Below are positions 1-9,769 of a stretch of DNA of 64,000 nucleotides, piece by piece. A model generated the notes under the pieces. The model saw nothing but the letters and a program-made list of their open reading frames with translations. It did no database searches and was not told the origin of the DNA. The position numbers and the translations under genes are program-made. The stretch lies in sequence record SRR2962707_2693; one strand, 5' to 3'. Positions within the stretch are counted from its first letter, which is position 1; each line of letters begins with the position of its first letter.

Positions 1-348
1 GAACAGGTTCTTGGCCAACTGCTGGGTGATGGTGGACCCCCCGGCCACCGGGCGCCCTGCCTTGCGGTTGCGCTCGATGGCGTGGCGGATTCCGCGCCAG
101 TCAAAGCCGATATGCTCAACGAAACGGGCATCCTCGGAGACCAGCACCGCCCGTTTCAGGTCCGTGGCGATCTGATCGTAATCACGCCACAGATACTGCA
201 CCGTGCCGTGTTGGCGGGACCGTTCCATGAAGGCGGTATTTTGCGGGTTGTAGGCACGTAAATACAGTACCTGGCCGAGGAACCACAGTTGTGTTCCCAG
301 CACCACGATGACGGCCAGACCCAGCAGCGAAAGAAAAAAGCGTTTCAT
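1..348 (-). CDS. mtgA: Monofunctional biosynthetic peptidoglycan transglycosylase (5' part; runs off window)
   Basis: Manual translation MKRFFLSLLGLAVIVVLG...LKRAVLVSEDARFVEHIGFDW...GGSTITQQLAKNLF contains the GT51 EDxxFxxHxG and GxSTITQQLAKN motifs. Confidence 0.92.
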   Translation of the reverse strand, partial: MKRFFLSLLGLAVIVVLGTQLWFLGQVLYLRAYNPQNTAFMERSRQHGTVQYLWRDYDQIATDLKRAVLVSEDARFVEHIGFDWRGIRHAIERNRKAGRPVAGGSTITQQLAKNLF

Positions 349-472
349 GGCGTACCCGTTCCGTCCGGCGATGCCGGCGGCGTCCCTTCTCATGATCCCG
401 GTCTATGTTGTCCAAAAGCGACGGGTTTGTCAGGTTGAAAACGTCGGGAACGTGACCGGAGCCTGCTCCTGG

Positions 473-805
473 TCAGCGTCCCGGCACCGGCAGGTCGAGC
501 TTGGGCGGCTCATGCCGCTTCGGTGAGGAAAATGGCTTGGCGGTGTTTCGAGGCTGGTCCTGGCTCTTGGTGCCGGTCATATCGTTGATTTCCAGCTTGT
601 GTTTTTCCATGGGGTTCTCCTCGAGAGAGCCGGAATCATCGTTCTGCAGGCGGGTACGCGGAGTGCTGCTCAGGCCTTCGTAGTCGAGGCCGTAATTGTA
701 GTCTTCCTCGTAGACGTCATCGCCGCGGATGTAATCGTAGCCGTCCGCGTGAACCGAGCCGGCGGTCAGCAGGCCGGCCGCCAGGAGGGCGATAAGCAGG
801 CGCAT
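473..805 (-). CDS. Hypothetical exported protein
   Basis: Signal peptide MRLLIALLAAGLLTAGSVHA; GGAG RBS upstream. Confidence 0.65.
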   Translation of the reverse strand: MRLLIALLAAGLLTAGSVHADGYDYIRGDDVYEEDYNYGLDYEGLSSTPRTRLQNDDSGSLEENPMEKHKLEINDMTGTKSQDQPRNTAKPFSSPKRHEPPKLDLPVPGR

Positions 806-870
806 GAGGCTTCTCCCTGTGGCTTCACGGAAGATTGGACGCCAGCGGGCCGGAGGGGTTCCCGGCCGGG

Positions 871-2565
871 TCAGTCTTGCTCGGGCGTCTTTGCTGTCAG
901 AGCCACGATCGCCTCGCGATTGTTGACGAACAGATTGTCGTCACCAAGCCGTTGCAGCAAGCCGATGTGGGCCAGACGGTCGCGCACCTGCTTTTTCACC
1001 CCGGACAGGGCCAGCCGGATGCCGCGCCGCTGCAGGTCCTGATGCAACTGGGACAGGGTGTCGGCACCGGTGGCGTCCATGTCGTTGACCGCTGAAGCGC
1101 AGATCAGGATAACCCGGAGATCGGTTTCTTTTTGCAGACGTTCGCGGATGAAACGGTCCATTAGCGGCGCGGTGATGTAGGTCAAAGAGGCGTCCAGGCG
1201 CAGCGACAATACCCCCGGCGCGATCGGAGGCAGGCCGTTGAGGGTACGATCGCGCAAGGTACCGGCGGGATCCAGCCCCAGCTCAATCAGGCGCGGATGG
1301 GCGCGCCGGTAAAGAAAGAACACCATCGCCAGCAGAAAGCCGGTGAGGACACCCCAATGCAGGTACGGCACCGCGATCAGAGTGGCGATGAAGGTGGCCA
1401 CGGCTACCACGCCATCGTCCCGCGAGGTGCGGAACAGATGCAGAAAGGCCTTCGGCTGGATCAGATTGAGTACCGGCACAATGATGATCGCCGCCAATAC
1501 CGCGCGGGGCAGATGTTGCAGGTAACCGGTGAAAAACAGCAGGCAAACCAGCGTACACAGGGCGGCGAACAGAGCCGACCAGCCGCTGGTGGCCCCCACG
1601 TAGAGATTCAGGGCGCTGCGGGAGAAGGAACCGCTCACCGGGAAAGCGCCGCTCAGACCACTGGTGATCTTGGCCAGGCCCTGGCCCACCAGTTCCTGAT
1701 TCTGATTCCAAAGGCGGCCGTCCGGATTGGGCAGGGTGCGGGCACTGGCCATGGCTTCGGTAAAGCTGATCAGGGCGATGATCACCGCCGCCGGCAGCAA
1801 GGCGCGGTGTTGTTCAAGGGTGAGGGAGGGTGGCCATTGGGGGGTGGGCAGACCGGCGGGAATCAGTCCCACCACGTTCCCTCCCAGTGCCTGATAGCCG
1901 AACAGGGCACTGATGGCGATGCCCACCACACACACCACCAGAACACCGGGCAGGCGTGGCGCGAAGCGTTTTTGCAGCCACAGCAGTGCGATCGACCCCA
2001 GGCCGAAAGCCAGGGTCCATAGCCAGGCGGCGTCGGCATCGGCCAGATGACGCTGGAGGCCGGCCAGGGCAGTGCTGAAATCCTGGCTCTCCAGGCCGAG
2101 CAGGGCCGGCACTTGAGACAGTAAAATGATCAGTGCCGCCGCGTTGATGAATCCCGTTATCACGGCGTTGGAGATGAAGTTAGCGATCACTCCAAGGCGA
2201 AAGGCGCCAAGCAGGAACTGGATCAGACCAGCATACAACGCCAGCCAAATGGCCAGCACCACCCATTGGCCGCTTTCCGGTTCGGCCAGAGGGTGCAGCG
2301 CGGCGTAGGTCAGCAAGCTGGTGAGGGCCACCGGGCCCACCGCGAGCAGCGCCGAGGAGCCCCACAGAATCCCCACGATACTGGGCAACAGCGCGGCATA
2401 GAGCCCGGTGACCGGGGGCATGCCCGCCAGAGTGGCGTAGGCGATGGCTTGAGGAATCAGTACCAGTCCCACGGTAATGCCGGCGAAGGCGTCCTTGCGC
2501 AGTGATTGTGCGCTGGGACGGGGCCACTGCGTGAACGGCAGCAGGCGGCGGATCCAGGGCTTCAT
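871..2565 (-). CDS. SulP family anion transporter with C-terminal STAS domain
   Basis: DAFAGITVGLVLIPQAIAYATLAG, NQELVGQG and GSFSRS motifs, STAS-like C-terminus; start at MKPWIRR with GGAG RBS. Confidence 0.93.
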   Translation of the reverse strand: MKPWIRRLLPFTQWPRPSAQSLRKDAFAGITVGLVLIPQAIAYATLAGMPPVTGLYAALLPSIVGILWGSSALLAVGPVALTSLLTYAALHPLAEPESGQWVVLAIWLALYAGLIQFLLGAFRLGVIANFISNAVITGFINAAALIILLSQVPALLGLESQDFSTALAGLQRHLADADAAWLWTLAFGLGSIALLWLQKRFAPRLPGVLVVCVVGIAISALFGYQALGGNVVGLIPAGLPTPQWPPSLTLEQHRALLPAAVIIALISFTEAMASARTLPNPDGRLWNQNQELVGQGLAKITSGLSGAFPVSGSFSRSALNLYVGATSGWSALFAALCTLVCLLFFTGYLQHLPRAVLAAIIIVPVLNLIQPKAFLHLFRTSRDDGVVAVATFIATLIAVPYLHWGVLTGFLLAMVFFLYRRAHPRLIELGLDPAGTLRDRTLNGLPPIAPGVLSLRLDASLTYITAPLMDRFIRERLQKETDLRVILICASAVNDMDATGADTLSQLHQDLQRRGIRLALSGVKKQVRDRLAHIGLLQRLGDDNLFVNNREAIVALTAKTPEQD

Positions 2566-2739
2566 TGAAACTCCATGAGCGACATCGCGGCGCGGCTCAC
2601 GGTAAGACCGGAGCGCCGGTGCAAGCTTATTTGAGGTAATGTGAGGCAATTATAAATGAGGAGAGGCGGGTATTGAAATTGGTTCTACAGCCTATTTTTT
2701 GATGGCTGGTTATTAACAGGGATGATTACGGCAAAGGCT

Positions 2740-2762
2740 GAAAGCGGCCACTGGCCGCTTTC
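2740..2762. terminator. Hairpin downstream of PHP lipoprotein gene
   Basis: GAAAGCGGCC-ACT-GGCCGCTTTC inverted repeat; no long U-tract. Confidence 0.45.
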
Positions 2763-2773
2763 GCCAGGATGGG

Positions 2774-4402
2774 TCACTCCACGGTGATGAAAACAGGGTT
2801 GGAGTAGAACCACAGATCGTTGTAATTGCGGGCGTTGATGGCATCAAAGCGGGCGGCGTCATTGGCTACCTCTACTTTGGCGTCCGGCAGCGGCTCGCCG
2901 TCTTCCATTTGACCAGGCACATTGACCGCCAGATTGGTGCCGCGCAGACGCAGGTACTGATCGCCGGTGACGGTGAGAGTGTGGGTGATGACATTGTAAC
3001 CGTCCTCGTCCACGGTCCAGTCGTTGGCGGTGAAGCGGGCCAGAACCCGGGTGCTCGGGTTGCTGGCGGACTGGTAATCGGCGGAATCGGGTTGCGCGGG
3101 CGCCTGGACATCGCCGACGATCAGGTCCACATGATCCACCGTCGGTTTCATATAGGCGGACTGGCCGCTTTCCAGCGGATACTCGTAGTGATTGGTTTGC
3201 GGGCTACGGAAGCGGATGGTCACCGTCACCTGTTCGCCCAGGGCCGCCGTCAGAGTGCCGCCCATCGGCGTGCTGCCTTCGGTGCTCTCGGCCTGAAACT
3301 CCAGTGCGTCGATCAGATCACCGAAAACGCCGAACAGACGGCCGCCGCGCAGACCGTCCAGCAGGGCGGAAGCATCCTCGCCATCCTTCCAGACATAGGT
3401 TTTGGCGTACTCGCCAGGGGCATAGCCGCTGCTGTATCGGCCCTGCGCCGTGGTGAAATGGTAGTCGGAGTTGGCCACGTTCCAGATCCGTCGGCCTTCA
3501 CCCAGCAGCGCGTCCCAGGTGCCTCCCAGTTTCGCTACCAGGTAGTCGACACCGCCATAGGTGCGCGAACCGAGGTTTTCCTCGGTATAGGCCTCGGCGT
3601 AGCCGCCCCGATCCGGCTCCATCTGATTACCGACCATGCCTTCGATGGCGAAGAACTGATCGGGGGCCAGGTCGTGCATCTGACGGATCTGGGCGATGGT
3701 GTATTTGCCCATGTAGCGGGAAGGGTGATTCAACAGCATATAGCTGTCGGGATGATTGTCACGCAGCCAGCGTAACGCGGTGAGGGCGTCCTCGTGGGTA
3801 GTGTTGGCGCGCGGCTGATCGCCCAGGCTTTCCACCAAAGCGGGATCGAAAAGGCTGGCATCGCGGGTGGTGAACAGATACTCGAACTCCGCCACCGCTT
3901 GCAGATTGGCCTCGGACATCGGGTCGTCCATGCCGATGCCGACATTGACGTGATCATGGGTCGGCATGTCCCACTCGAAAGAGGAATACATCAAGGCGCC
4001 GGGATAGCGGTCCTGGTCCAGGGCCTGCTTCAGATAAGGCACTTCGTAGTCGATGAGCGCCTGATAAAAGGGTATGGATTCTCCCAGCTCGGCGCCGTCA
4101 TGATCCCGATAGGACGTGCGCAGATGATTGGAAATGGTGAGCCAGTCCAGGTCGTAGCGGGTGAAAGCATCGTCCAGCACGCTTTCCAGGGACACCTGGG
4201 CATCGTCGGATTGATAGGTATGCACATGCAGATCGCCGGCGCTCCAGGTCCCGCTGGGTTGCGGTTCTGGAGTTGGCTCCGGGGTGGGTTCCGGAGAGGG
4301 TGAGGAACTGTCCCCGGAGCCGCCGCAGGCGCTCAGGAAAGTGGCGAGTGTGATGGCCGACAATAAAGAAACGCGAGAGTCGCGGGAAAAAAGAAATGAC
4401 AT
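2774..4402 (-). CDS. PHP-domain metallohydrolase lipoprotein
   Basis: Lipobox FLSAC, Pro/Glu/Thr linker, GDLHVHT..SD, NHP and NSDYH metal motifs; GGAGAG RBS before 4402. Confidence 0.75.
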   Translation of the reverse strand: MSFLFSRDSRVSLLSAITLATFLSACGGSGDSSSPSPEPTPEPTPEPQPSGTWSAGDLHVHTYQSDDAQVSLESVLDDAFTRYDLDWLTISNHLRTSYRDHDGAELGESIPFYQALIDYEVPYLKQALDQDRYPGALMYSSFEWDMPTHDHVNVGIGMDDPMSEANLQAVAEFEYLFTTRDASLFDPALVESLGDQPRANTTHEDALTALRWLRDNHPDSYMLLNHPSRYMGKYTIAQIRQMHDLAPDQFFAIEGMVGNQMEPDRGGYAEAYTEENLGSRTYGGVDYLVAKLGGTWDALLGEGRRIWNVANSDYHFTTAQGRYSSGYAPGEYAKTYVWKDGEDASALLDGLRGGRLFGVFGDLIDALEFQAESTEGSTPMGGTLTAALGEQVTVTIRFRSPQTNHYEYPLESGQSAYMKPTVDHVDLIVGDVQAPAQPDSADYQSASNPSTRVLARFTANDWTVDEDGYNVITHTLTVTGDQYLRLRGTNLAVNVPGQMEDGEPLPDAKVEVANDAARFDAINARNYNDLWFYSNPVFITVE

Positions 4403-4505
4403 TAAAAGTACTCTCCAGATCAGGGCACCAGGTCTGGCGCCGTGAAAAAGAAGAGCACTGTGGATCAATCAGGTGACGATATAATGACGCAAAGATACAT
4501 ACTGA

Positions 4506-5027
4506 TCAGTCTTTCTTTTCTTTCCAAAAGCGCAGGTGAAGAGCAGCGGCTTCCTCTTCCAGTAGTGGTCCGATCACCTGAACGGAGCGCTGTCCGGCGG
4601 CGAAAACCGTCCGGCAGGGCAGGTCCAGGGTCGGATTCTCGGGGTGGTTGCCGGTAATCGCTTTGAGTCGTTTCTCGGAAAGACCGTAGACCACGCGTCC
4701 GATGCCCGCCCAGTAGGCCGCCCCGGCGCACATGGCGCAGGGCTCGGCGGAGGTATAGAGCGTGCACCGGGCAAGAAAATCCGGTGAATAAGATTGAGAA
4801 GCACGCGTGAGGATCACCCGTTCCGCATGTCCGGTCATATCATGATGAGGCAGGAAGGCGTTCTCCTGTTCCAGCAGAATTTCGCCATCGGCATCCACAA
4901 GTAGCGCACCGAATGGATGGCAGCCATCGTTCAGTGCCCGTTCGGCGACCAGGAAGCTTTGCCGTATATAGTGCTCGTGATCCAGTCCCCGTGATATTTC
5001 ATTGGTGTTCATGGTTATCCCATTCAT
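4506..5027 (-). CDS. Zinc-dependent nucleobase/nucleoside deaminase (CDA/TadA superfamily)
   Basis: PFGA, HAE and LYTSAEPCAMC motifs. Confidence 0.9.
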   Translation of the reverse strand: MNGITMNTNEISRGLDHEHYIRQSFLVAERALNDGCHPFGALLVDADGEILLEQENAFLPHHDMTGHAERVILTRASQSYSPDFLARCTLYTSAEPCAMCAGAAYWAGIGRVVYGLSEKRLKAITGNHPENPTLDLPCRTVFAAGQRSVQVIGPLLEEEAAALHLRFWKEKKD

Positions 5028-5064
5028 CTCTTAATAGCTGCGACGGCAGAGTGATAAAGCGCGC

Positions 5065-5895
5065 TCAGGATTTCGGCAGGCTCCAGGGGAACCACCATTT
5101 CTGGATCATCGCCACCAGCCGGAACAGGATCAGGCTGATGGTGACCAGAATGGCCAGTGCGGCAAACGCCTGGGGCACTTTGAAAAACGAGGTGGAGAAG
5201 GCGATGAAAAATCCCAACCCATTCTCGGCGGCGACAAATTCCGCCACCACCGCGCCGATAATGGCCAGCGTGATGGAAATGCGCAGCGCGGAGAAAATAT
5301 GGGGCACCGCGAAAGGCAGTTGAATGTTGCGAATCTCGCGCCAGCGGCTGGCCCCGAGGGAACGGGAGAGCTCCAGCAGTTCAGGTGGTGTCGACATCAG
5401 TCCGGTGACGGTGGAAACGACGATGGGGAAAAAGGTGATCAGGAACGTAATGACGATGCGCGGCGCGTCTCCGGCGCCCAGCACCACCACGATAATCGGC
5501 GCCACGGCGACGATGGGGGTGGACTGCACCACCACCAGCATTGGGTAGAGTGTTCGGGACAGCAGCCGGCTGTTGGCCAAAGCCACCGCCAACGGAATGC
5601 CGATCATCACCGCCAGCGCATAGCCCAGCAGGCTGACCCGGAGCGTTGCCCAGATATGGCCACCCCAACTGCTGGGGCTCACCGCCAGTGCGCCTTCAAC
5701 GATGGCGCTGGGAGGGGGAAGCAGATACACCGGCACGTCCAGCAGACGGCAGCCAAGCTCCCAGATCAGCAGCAAAAGCAGGGCGGCAAGGACCGGTGCT
5801 CCCCGGTCCAGCAGTCGCAGAAGCGCGCGCCCGGCGGATTCAGGCGAGGACCGCATGGCTGAAGACCTGGCCGCGGATATGGTTGGCGATTTCAT
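5065..5895 (-). CDS. ABC transporter permease, NitT/TauT family
   Basis: LLPPPS, TPIVAVAP, EAA-like loop and GAVVAEF motifs; exact start uncertain. Confidence 0.9.
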   Translation of the reverse strand: MKSPTISAARSSAMRSSPESAGRALLRLLDRGAPVLAALLLLLIWELGCRLLDVPVYLLPPPSAIVEGALAVSPSSWGGHIWATLRVSLLGYALAVMIGIPLAVALANSRLLSRTLYPMLVVVQSTPIVAVAPIIVVVLGAGDAPRIVITFLITFFPIVVSTVTGLMSTPPELLELSRSLGASRWREIRNIQLPFAVPHIFSALRISITLAIIGAVVAEFVAAENGLGFFIAFSTSFFKVPQAFAALAILVTISLILFRLVAMIQKWWFPWSLPKS

Positions 5896-6643
5896 GGAAG
5901 TGGGGCTCCGACAAGGTTTTCAGGGTGCGCGGGCGTGGCAGGCCCACGTCGATGATCTCGCGAATGCGTCCGGGGCGGGCGGACATTACCAGGATGCGGT
6001 CCGCCAGCAGCAGGGCTTCGGGAATGGAGTGGGTGATGAATAGCACTGTTTTGGGGCGCTCGGTCCAAATGCGTAGCAGCTCGAAGCTCATCTCGTCACG
6101 GGTCAGGGCGTCGAGGGCGGAAAACGGTTCGTCCATCAGCAGAATATCCGGGTCGTGCAGCAGGGCACGGGCGATGCCCACCCGCTGTTGCATGCCGCCG
6201 GATAATTCGGAGGGGCGTTTATGGGCGAAGTCCCGCAGCCCCACGGTGCCCAACAGTTCCTGCGCCCGCTGTTTCTCCTCAAGGGTGACGCGGCCATACT
6301 TGTGCTTCATCGGAAAGGTGATGTTGTCCTCCACATTGAGCCAGGGCAGCAGCGTGGGCTGTTGGAATACGATGCCGATTTCCTCGCGGGGCTCGGTCAC
6401 CGGCAGTCCATAGATTTCCGCCCGCCCGGAGGTGGGCCGTACCAGGCCAGCGATCACCCGAAGCAGCGTGGATTTGCCGCAGCCGGAAGGACCGATAACG
6501 GCAATGAACTCGTGCTTGTGAATGTCGAAGCTGACGCCGTCCAGCGCGTTGATGACGCCGCCATCGGAGGAAGTGAACACCTGGCCCACATTGTTGAAGC
6601 GAATGCTTGGTCGCGGGCCGTCGTTATCGTCGTGGGGCGCCAT
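5840..6643 (-). CDS. ABC transporter ATP-binding protein, NitT/TauT family
   Basis: [31 protein letters not shown]. Confidence 0.95.
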   Translation of the reverse strand: MAPHDDNDGPRPSIRFNNVGQVFTSSDGGVINALDGVSFDIHKHEFIAVIGPSGCGKSTLLRVIAGLVRPTSGRAEIYGLPVTEPREEIGIVFQQPTLLPWLNVEDNITFPMKHKYGRVTLEEKQRAQELLGTVGLRDFAHKRPSELSGGMQQRVGIARALLHDPDILLMDEPFSALDALTRDEMSFELLRIWTERPKTVLFITHSIPEALLLADRILVMSARPGRIREIIDVGLPRPRTLKTLSEPHFHEIANHIRGQVFSHAVLA

Positions 6644-6706
6644 GAAAACCTCGAATCGGGTTTGAGTCCATAAAGCCACCCGGAGTGGCCGTCATAGTGT
6701 GAGCGT

Positions 6707-6722
6707 TGCAACATGCGCGCCA
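6707..6722 (-). promoter_or_regulatory. Candidate sigma54 promoter
   Basis: TGGCGC-N5-TTGCA on the minus strand, 64 nt upstream of the ATPase start. Confidence 0.55.
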
Positions 6723-6776
6723 AAAGCAGAGATTTCCGCACGGGCCGTTGCCAGACCAGCATCATCCTAAGCTGCG

Positions 6777-6810
6777 AAAAAAACGCGGGCCGGAAAGCCC
6801 GGACCCGCGT
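6777..6810 (-). terminator. Intrinsic terminator after binding-protein gene
   Basis: Minus strand ACGCGGG...CCCGCGT stem followed by a T-run. Confidence 0.7.
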
Positions 6811-6843
6811 GCAATGAAAACGTTTTCTTGATGTTGTGCTTGC

Positions 6844-7833
6844 CTACTTGCTGATGAAGTCACCACTGACGGCGTCTTCCGGATTCAGCGTATCCTCCGG
6901 TAACCCCTGGGCTTTGGCGACCCACTTCCAGGTGGTCGCAAGGAGAGAGGGATTGAAAGTGCCAGCGCCATCGCGCTCGCTGATTTCGTTTTTCATCAAA
7001 GGAATGGAGGCGGAAAACTCCTCGGCGGCCACCTCCGCGTCCACTTCCGCCACCTTCGCCTTCAGCGCTGCTCCCGCTTGTTGGGGATCTTCAATAGCCA
7101 TTTTTTGCGCCTGGCGATAAATGGTGAGTACCTTTCTGACCAGCTCCGGCTTTTCCTTGATCAGACGGTCGGATGCAAACACCGAGAGGCCATAGCCATC
7201 AAAGCCATAATCGGACCAGGGTAAAACCCGAATCTCCTTGCCGGCTTGCTTCATTAAGGCGTTGAAGGCCGGCAGCTTGGTGATCCAGTTGATGGTGCCG
7301 TCCACCCGGCCGGTACTCATCATCGGGCCCATGGCTCCGGGATCCACTTTGGTGACACGCACATCGTCCGGCGACATGCCGTTGGCTTCCAGGACCAAGG
7401 GCCAGGTGACATTGGAGGCGGAGAAGGTGGCGGTAGCGAGATTCTTTCCTTTCAAATCGTCCAGGGTTTCGATGCCGGAATCGGCACTGACGAAAACCGC
7501 ATCCGGCTGTTTGGTATAAACGGAAAGCACGGCAGTTACTGGCACGGTGGCCCCTGCCTTCGCTTGCAGTAGCGCGGACAGGCCGCCGGTTCCCATGTCG
7601 GCGGCGCCAGTGGCCAGTTTGGTGACCACATCGCTGGAACCACGCCCTGACATGATTTCCACTTCAATATCCTCGGCGGCGAACAAGCCTTTTTCCACGG
7701 CGAGGTAAATGATGGCCTTGTCGCCGGCGGGCAACCAGTCGTTGAGCCAGCGGATTTTATCCGCCGCCTGAACGCCCGCCGTCATGCTCACCAAGACGGC
7801 GGTCAAAAGGTAACGTCTGAAACGGTAGATCAT
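6844..7833 (-). CDS. ABC substrate-binding protein, NMT1/THI5-like
   Basis: Signal peptide ending VQA, AVEKGLFAAEDIEVEI...GRGS; AAGGAG RBS. Confidence 0.88.
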   Translation of the reverse strand: MIYRFRRYLLTAVLVSMTAGVQAADKIRWLNDWLPAGDKAIIYLAVEKGLFAAEDIEVEIMSGRGSSDVVTKLATGAADMGTGGLSALLQAKAGATVPVTAVLSVYTKQPDAVFVSADSGIETLDDLKGKNLATATFSASNVTWPLVLEANGMSPDDVRVTKVDPGAMGPMMSTGRVDGTINWITKLPAFNALMKQAGKEIRVLPWSDYGFDGYGLSVFASDRLIKEKPELVRKVLTIYRQAQKMAIEDPQQAGAALKAKVAEVDAEVAAEEFSASIPLMKNEISERDGAGTFNPSLLATTWKWVAKAQGLPEDTLNPEDAVSGDFISK

Positions 7834-7885
7834 GGGAAACTCCTTTTGGGTCCGGGGTCGCGTGCGGCGATACACCCTCGTCTAT

Positions 7886-8665
7886 CTATAGTGGTCCATG
7901 CAAAGGGCATGCCTTGTCCCGTGTGTTAACGCGATGAAAGAAACCAGCCAGTATCTCTCCAAGCTTTTGGGGAGAAGCCAGTTGCGGGGCATGCCCTGTA
8001 TCGAGTGTGGCGACGTCTGCGCCGGGCACCTGTTGTTGCATCCAGCGCTGTGCCTCCAGGATCACCGAGCGGTCACGCAGCGCTTCCACATACAAGCGTG
8101 GTAATGCGCCGAAGCGCTCAGGTGTCCAATGCGCGACACCAGCGCGAGGACCTTCCGGTTGCGGTGTGAGCTGTCGCGCGGCGGCCCAGGCGGGAGCATC
8201 GTCGACGTCGTGAAAAAAAATGTCGCGGCCCGCGGCAGGCGGCACCTTGCTGTAACGGCGCCTTTGGTCCCAGATCAGATGCGGGCCGATGCCGGCGGCG
8301 GCGGGATTTCTCTGGACCAGATGCCGGGTCAGGTCGGCGAAGCCGGTGCCCGTGGGCAGCATCATTCCTGCCACGTAGGCGATGCCCGCGATATGGTCCG
8401 GGCGGTTTTCCGCCACCTGGGTGGCGATCACGCCACCGCCCGAGTGCGCCACCAGGAAGGCGGGGCCGTCGAGCTGATCGAGGGCTGTTTCCACACAGGC
8501 GACGCAGTCCGCGAAATCGACCTGCTCCGCGGTGCCGGTACCGTGGCCATTGCCGGGCAGATTCAGCGCGTGGGGATGGAATCCCCGCTGACGCAACAGG
8601 GGTACCAGGGCGTCCCAGACCCAGGCGCCGGCCCAGGCGCCGTGAATCAGAATGACATCGTTCAT
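7886..8665 (-). CDS. Alpha/beta hydrolase (methylesterase-like)
   Basis: LIHGAWAG, AHSGGG nucleophile elbow, TGHAP. Confidence 0.88.
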   Translation of the reverse strand: MNDVILIHGAWAGAWVWDALVPLLRQRGFHPHALNLPGNGHGTGTAEQVDFADCVACVETALDQLDGPAFLVAHSGGGVIATQVAENRPDHIAGIAYVAGMMLPTGTGFADLTRHLVQRNPAAAGIGPHLIWDQRRRYSKVPPAAGRDIFFHDVDDAPAWAAARQLTPQPEGPRAGVAHWTPERFGALPRLYVEALRDRSVILEAQRWMQQQVPGADVATLDTGHAPQLASPQKLGEILAGFFHRVNTRDKACPLHGPL

Positions 8666-8678
8666 CGAGTTACTTGAG

Positions 8679-9656
8679 CTACTTATAGGTGCGTTGATAC
8701 ATGTCGATCATGTGCTGTTCGACGGTGACCGGCGGATACTTCGGGGAAGAGCCCGGGGCAAGACAGCTGGGCAGGCACCGCACCTGATGGTCCGGATTTC
8801 CGGAATGGAAGAACGGCACGGAGAAACGCTCACGGCCGGAAAGGTTGACCACGCGATGCAGGGTCGAGCGATAACGGTCATTGGTCCAGCGGGCGATCAT
8901 GTCACCCAGGTTCACCACATAGGTGCCGGGAACGGGATCGGCATGAATCCAGCCCTGGCTGGCCTGATCCCAAACCTGCAGACCGGGATTGTCGTCCTGT
9001 AACAGCAAGGTGATGCCACCAAAATCGGTATGGGCGCCACAGCCTTTTTCGCCGGGCTCGGGATTGCCCGGTTGCGGCGGATAGTGCAACAGACGCAGGA
9101 CCGCCATCGGCTCATGGCAAAAATCAGCGAAGTAGTCTTCCGGCAAGGAGAGTGATAGCGCCAACCCTTGCATGATCCGCGCGCTGAGTTCGTTCATGGC
9201 TTCGAAGTAGGTTTCCATGGTCTCACGGAAGCCGGCTTGCCGTGGCCATTGGTTGGCGCCGTGATTGAACTTGCCGGCGCGTACCGCCGGATGGTCGTCC
9301 GGCAAGTCGCGGCCAATATAGTAGCCTTCCTTCAGATCCGGTGGCGCGTCCGCTTCCAGAGTCTGGCCGCGCAGCGGTTCATAACCCCGGTTGGCGGGCG
9401 AAAGCGCTTTGTCGACCTGTTTTTTGGTTGCCAGTGGCTGTTCGAAGAACGCCTTGGCGGCAGCGAACACCCGCGCCTGCAAGCGCGCCTCGATACCGTG
9501 GTTGCGAATGTAGAAGAAGCCCTTGTCGAGGCAGGCGGCGCTGAGTTGTTCGGCCACCGTTCGGCGTTGTTTCTGGTCACCGTCGATCAAGGCCCCGATA
9601 TCGATGATCGGCAGTGACTGCTGATTAACCTTTTGCGCTTGCAGGGTGCTCGTCAT
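8679..9656 (-). CDS. 2OG-Fe(II) oxygenase, isopenicillin N synthase family
   Basis: LPIIDI, GFFY, HTD...H facial triad, RFS 2OG-binding motif. Confidence 0.93.
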   Translation of the reverse strand: MTSTLQAQKVNQQSLPIIDIGALIDGDQKQRRTVAEQLSAACLDKGFFYIRNHGIEARLQARVFAAAKAFFEQPLATKKQVDKALSPANRGYEPLRGQTLEADAPPDLKEGYYIGRDLPDDHPAVRAGKFNHGANQWPRQAGFRETMETYFEAMNELSARIMQGLALSLSLPEDYFADFCHEPMAVLRLLHYPPQPGNPEPGEKGCGAHTDFGGITLLLQDDNPGLQVWDQASQGWIHADPVPGTYVVNLGDMIARWTNDRYRSTLHRVVNLSGRERFSVPFFHSGNPDHQVRCLPSCLAPGSSPKYPPVTVEQHMIDMYQRTYK

Positions 9657-9769
9657 GGAACTTCTCTCGTTGGCGGACGATCCTTACCTGCCAGTGTGCG
9701 CGGCGCCCCGGCGGCGCCAAAGAAGAGAATATCGACCGTGCCGATGCCGATCCGGCAGCGGCGTAGGGA

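Noticed and set aside
4260-4300. Short repeats in the PHP gene
   Set aside because: They encode a PEPT linker; not a DNA repeat element.
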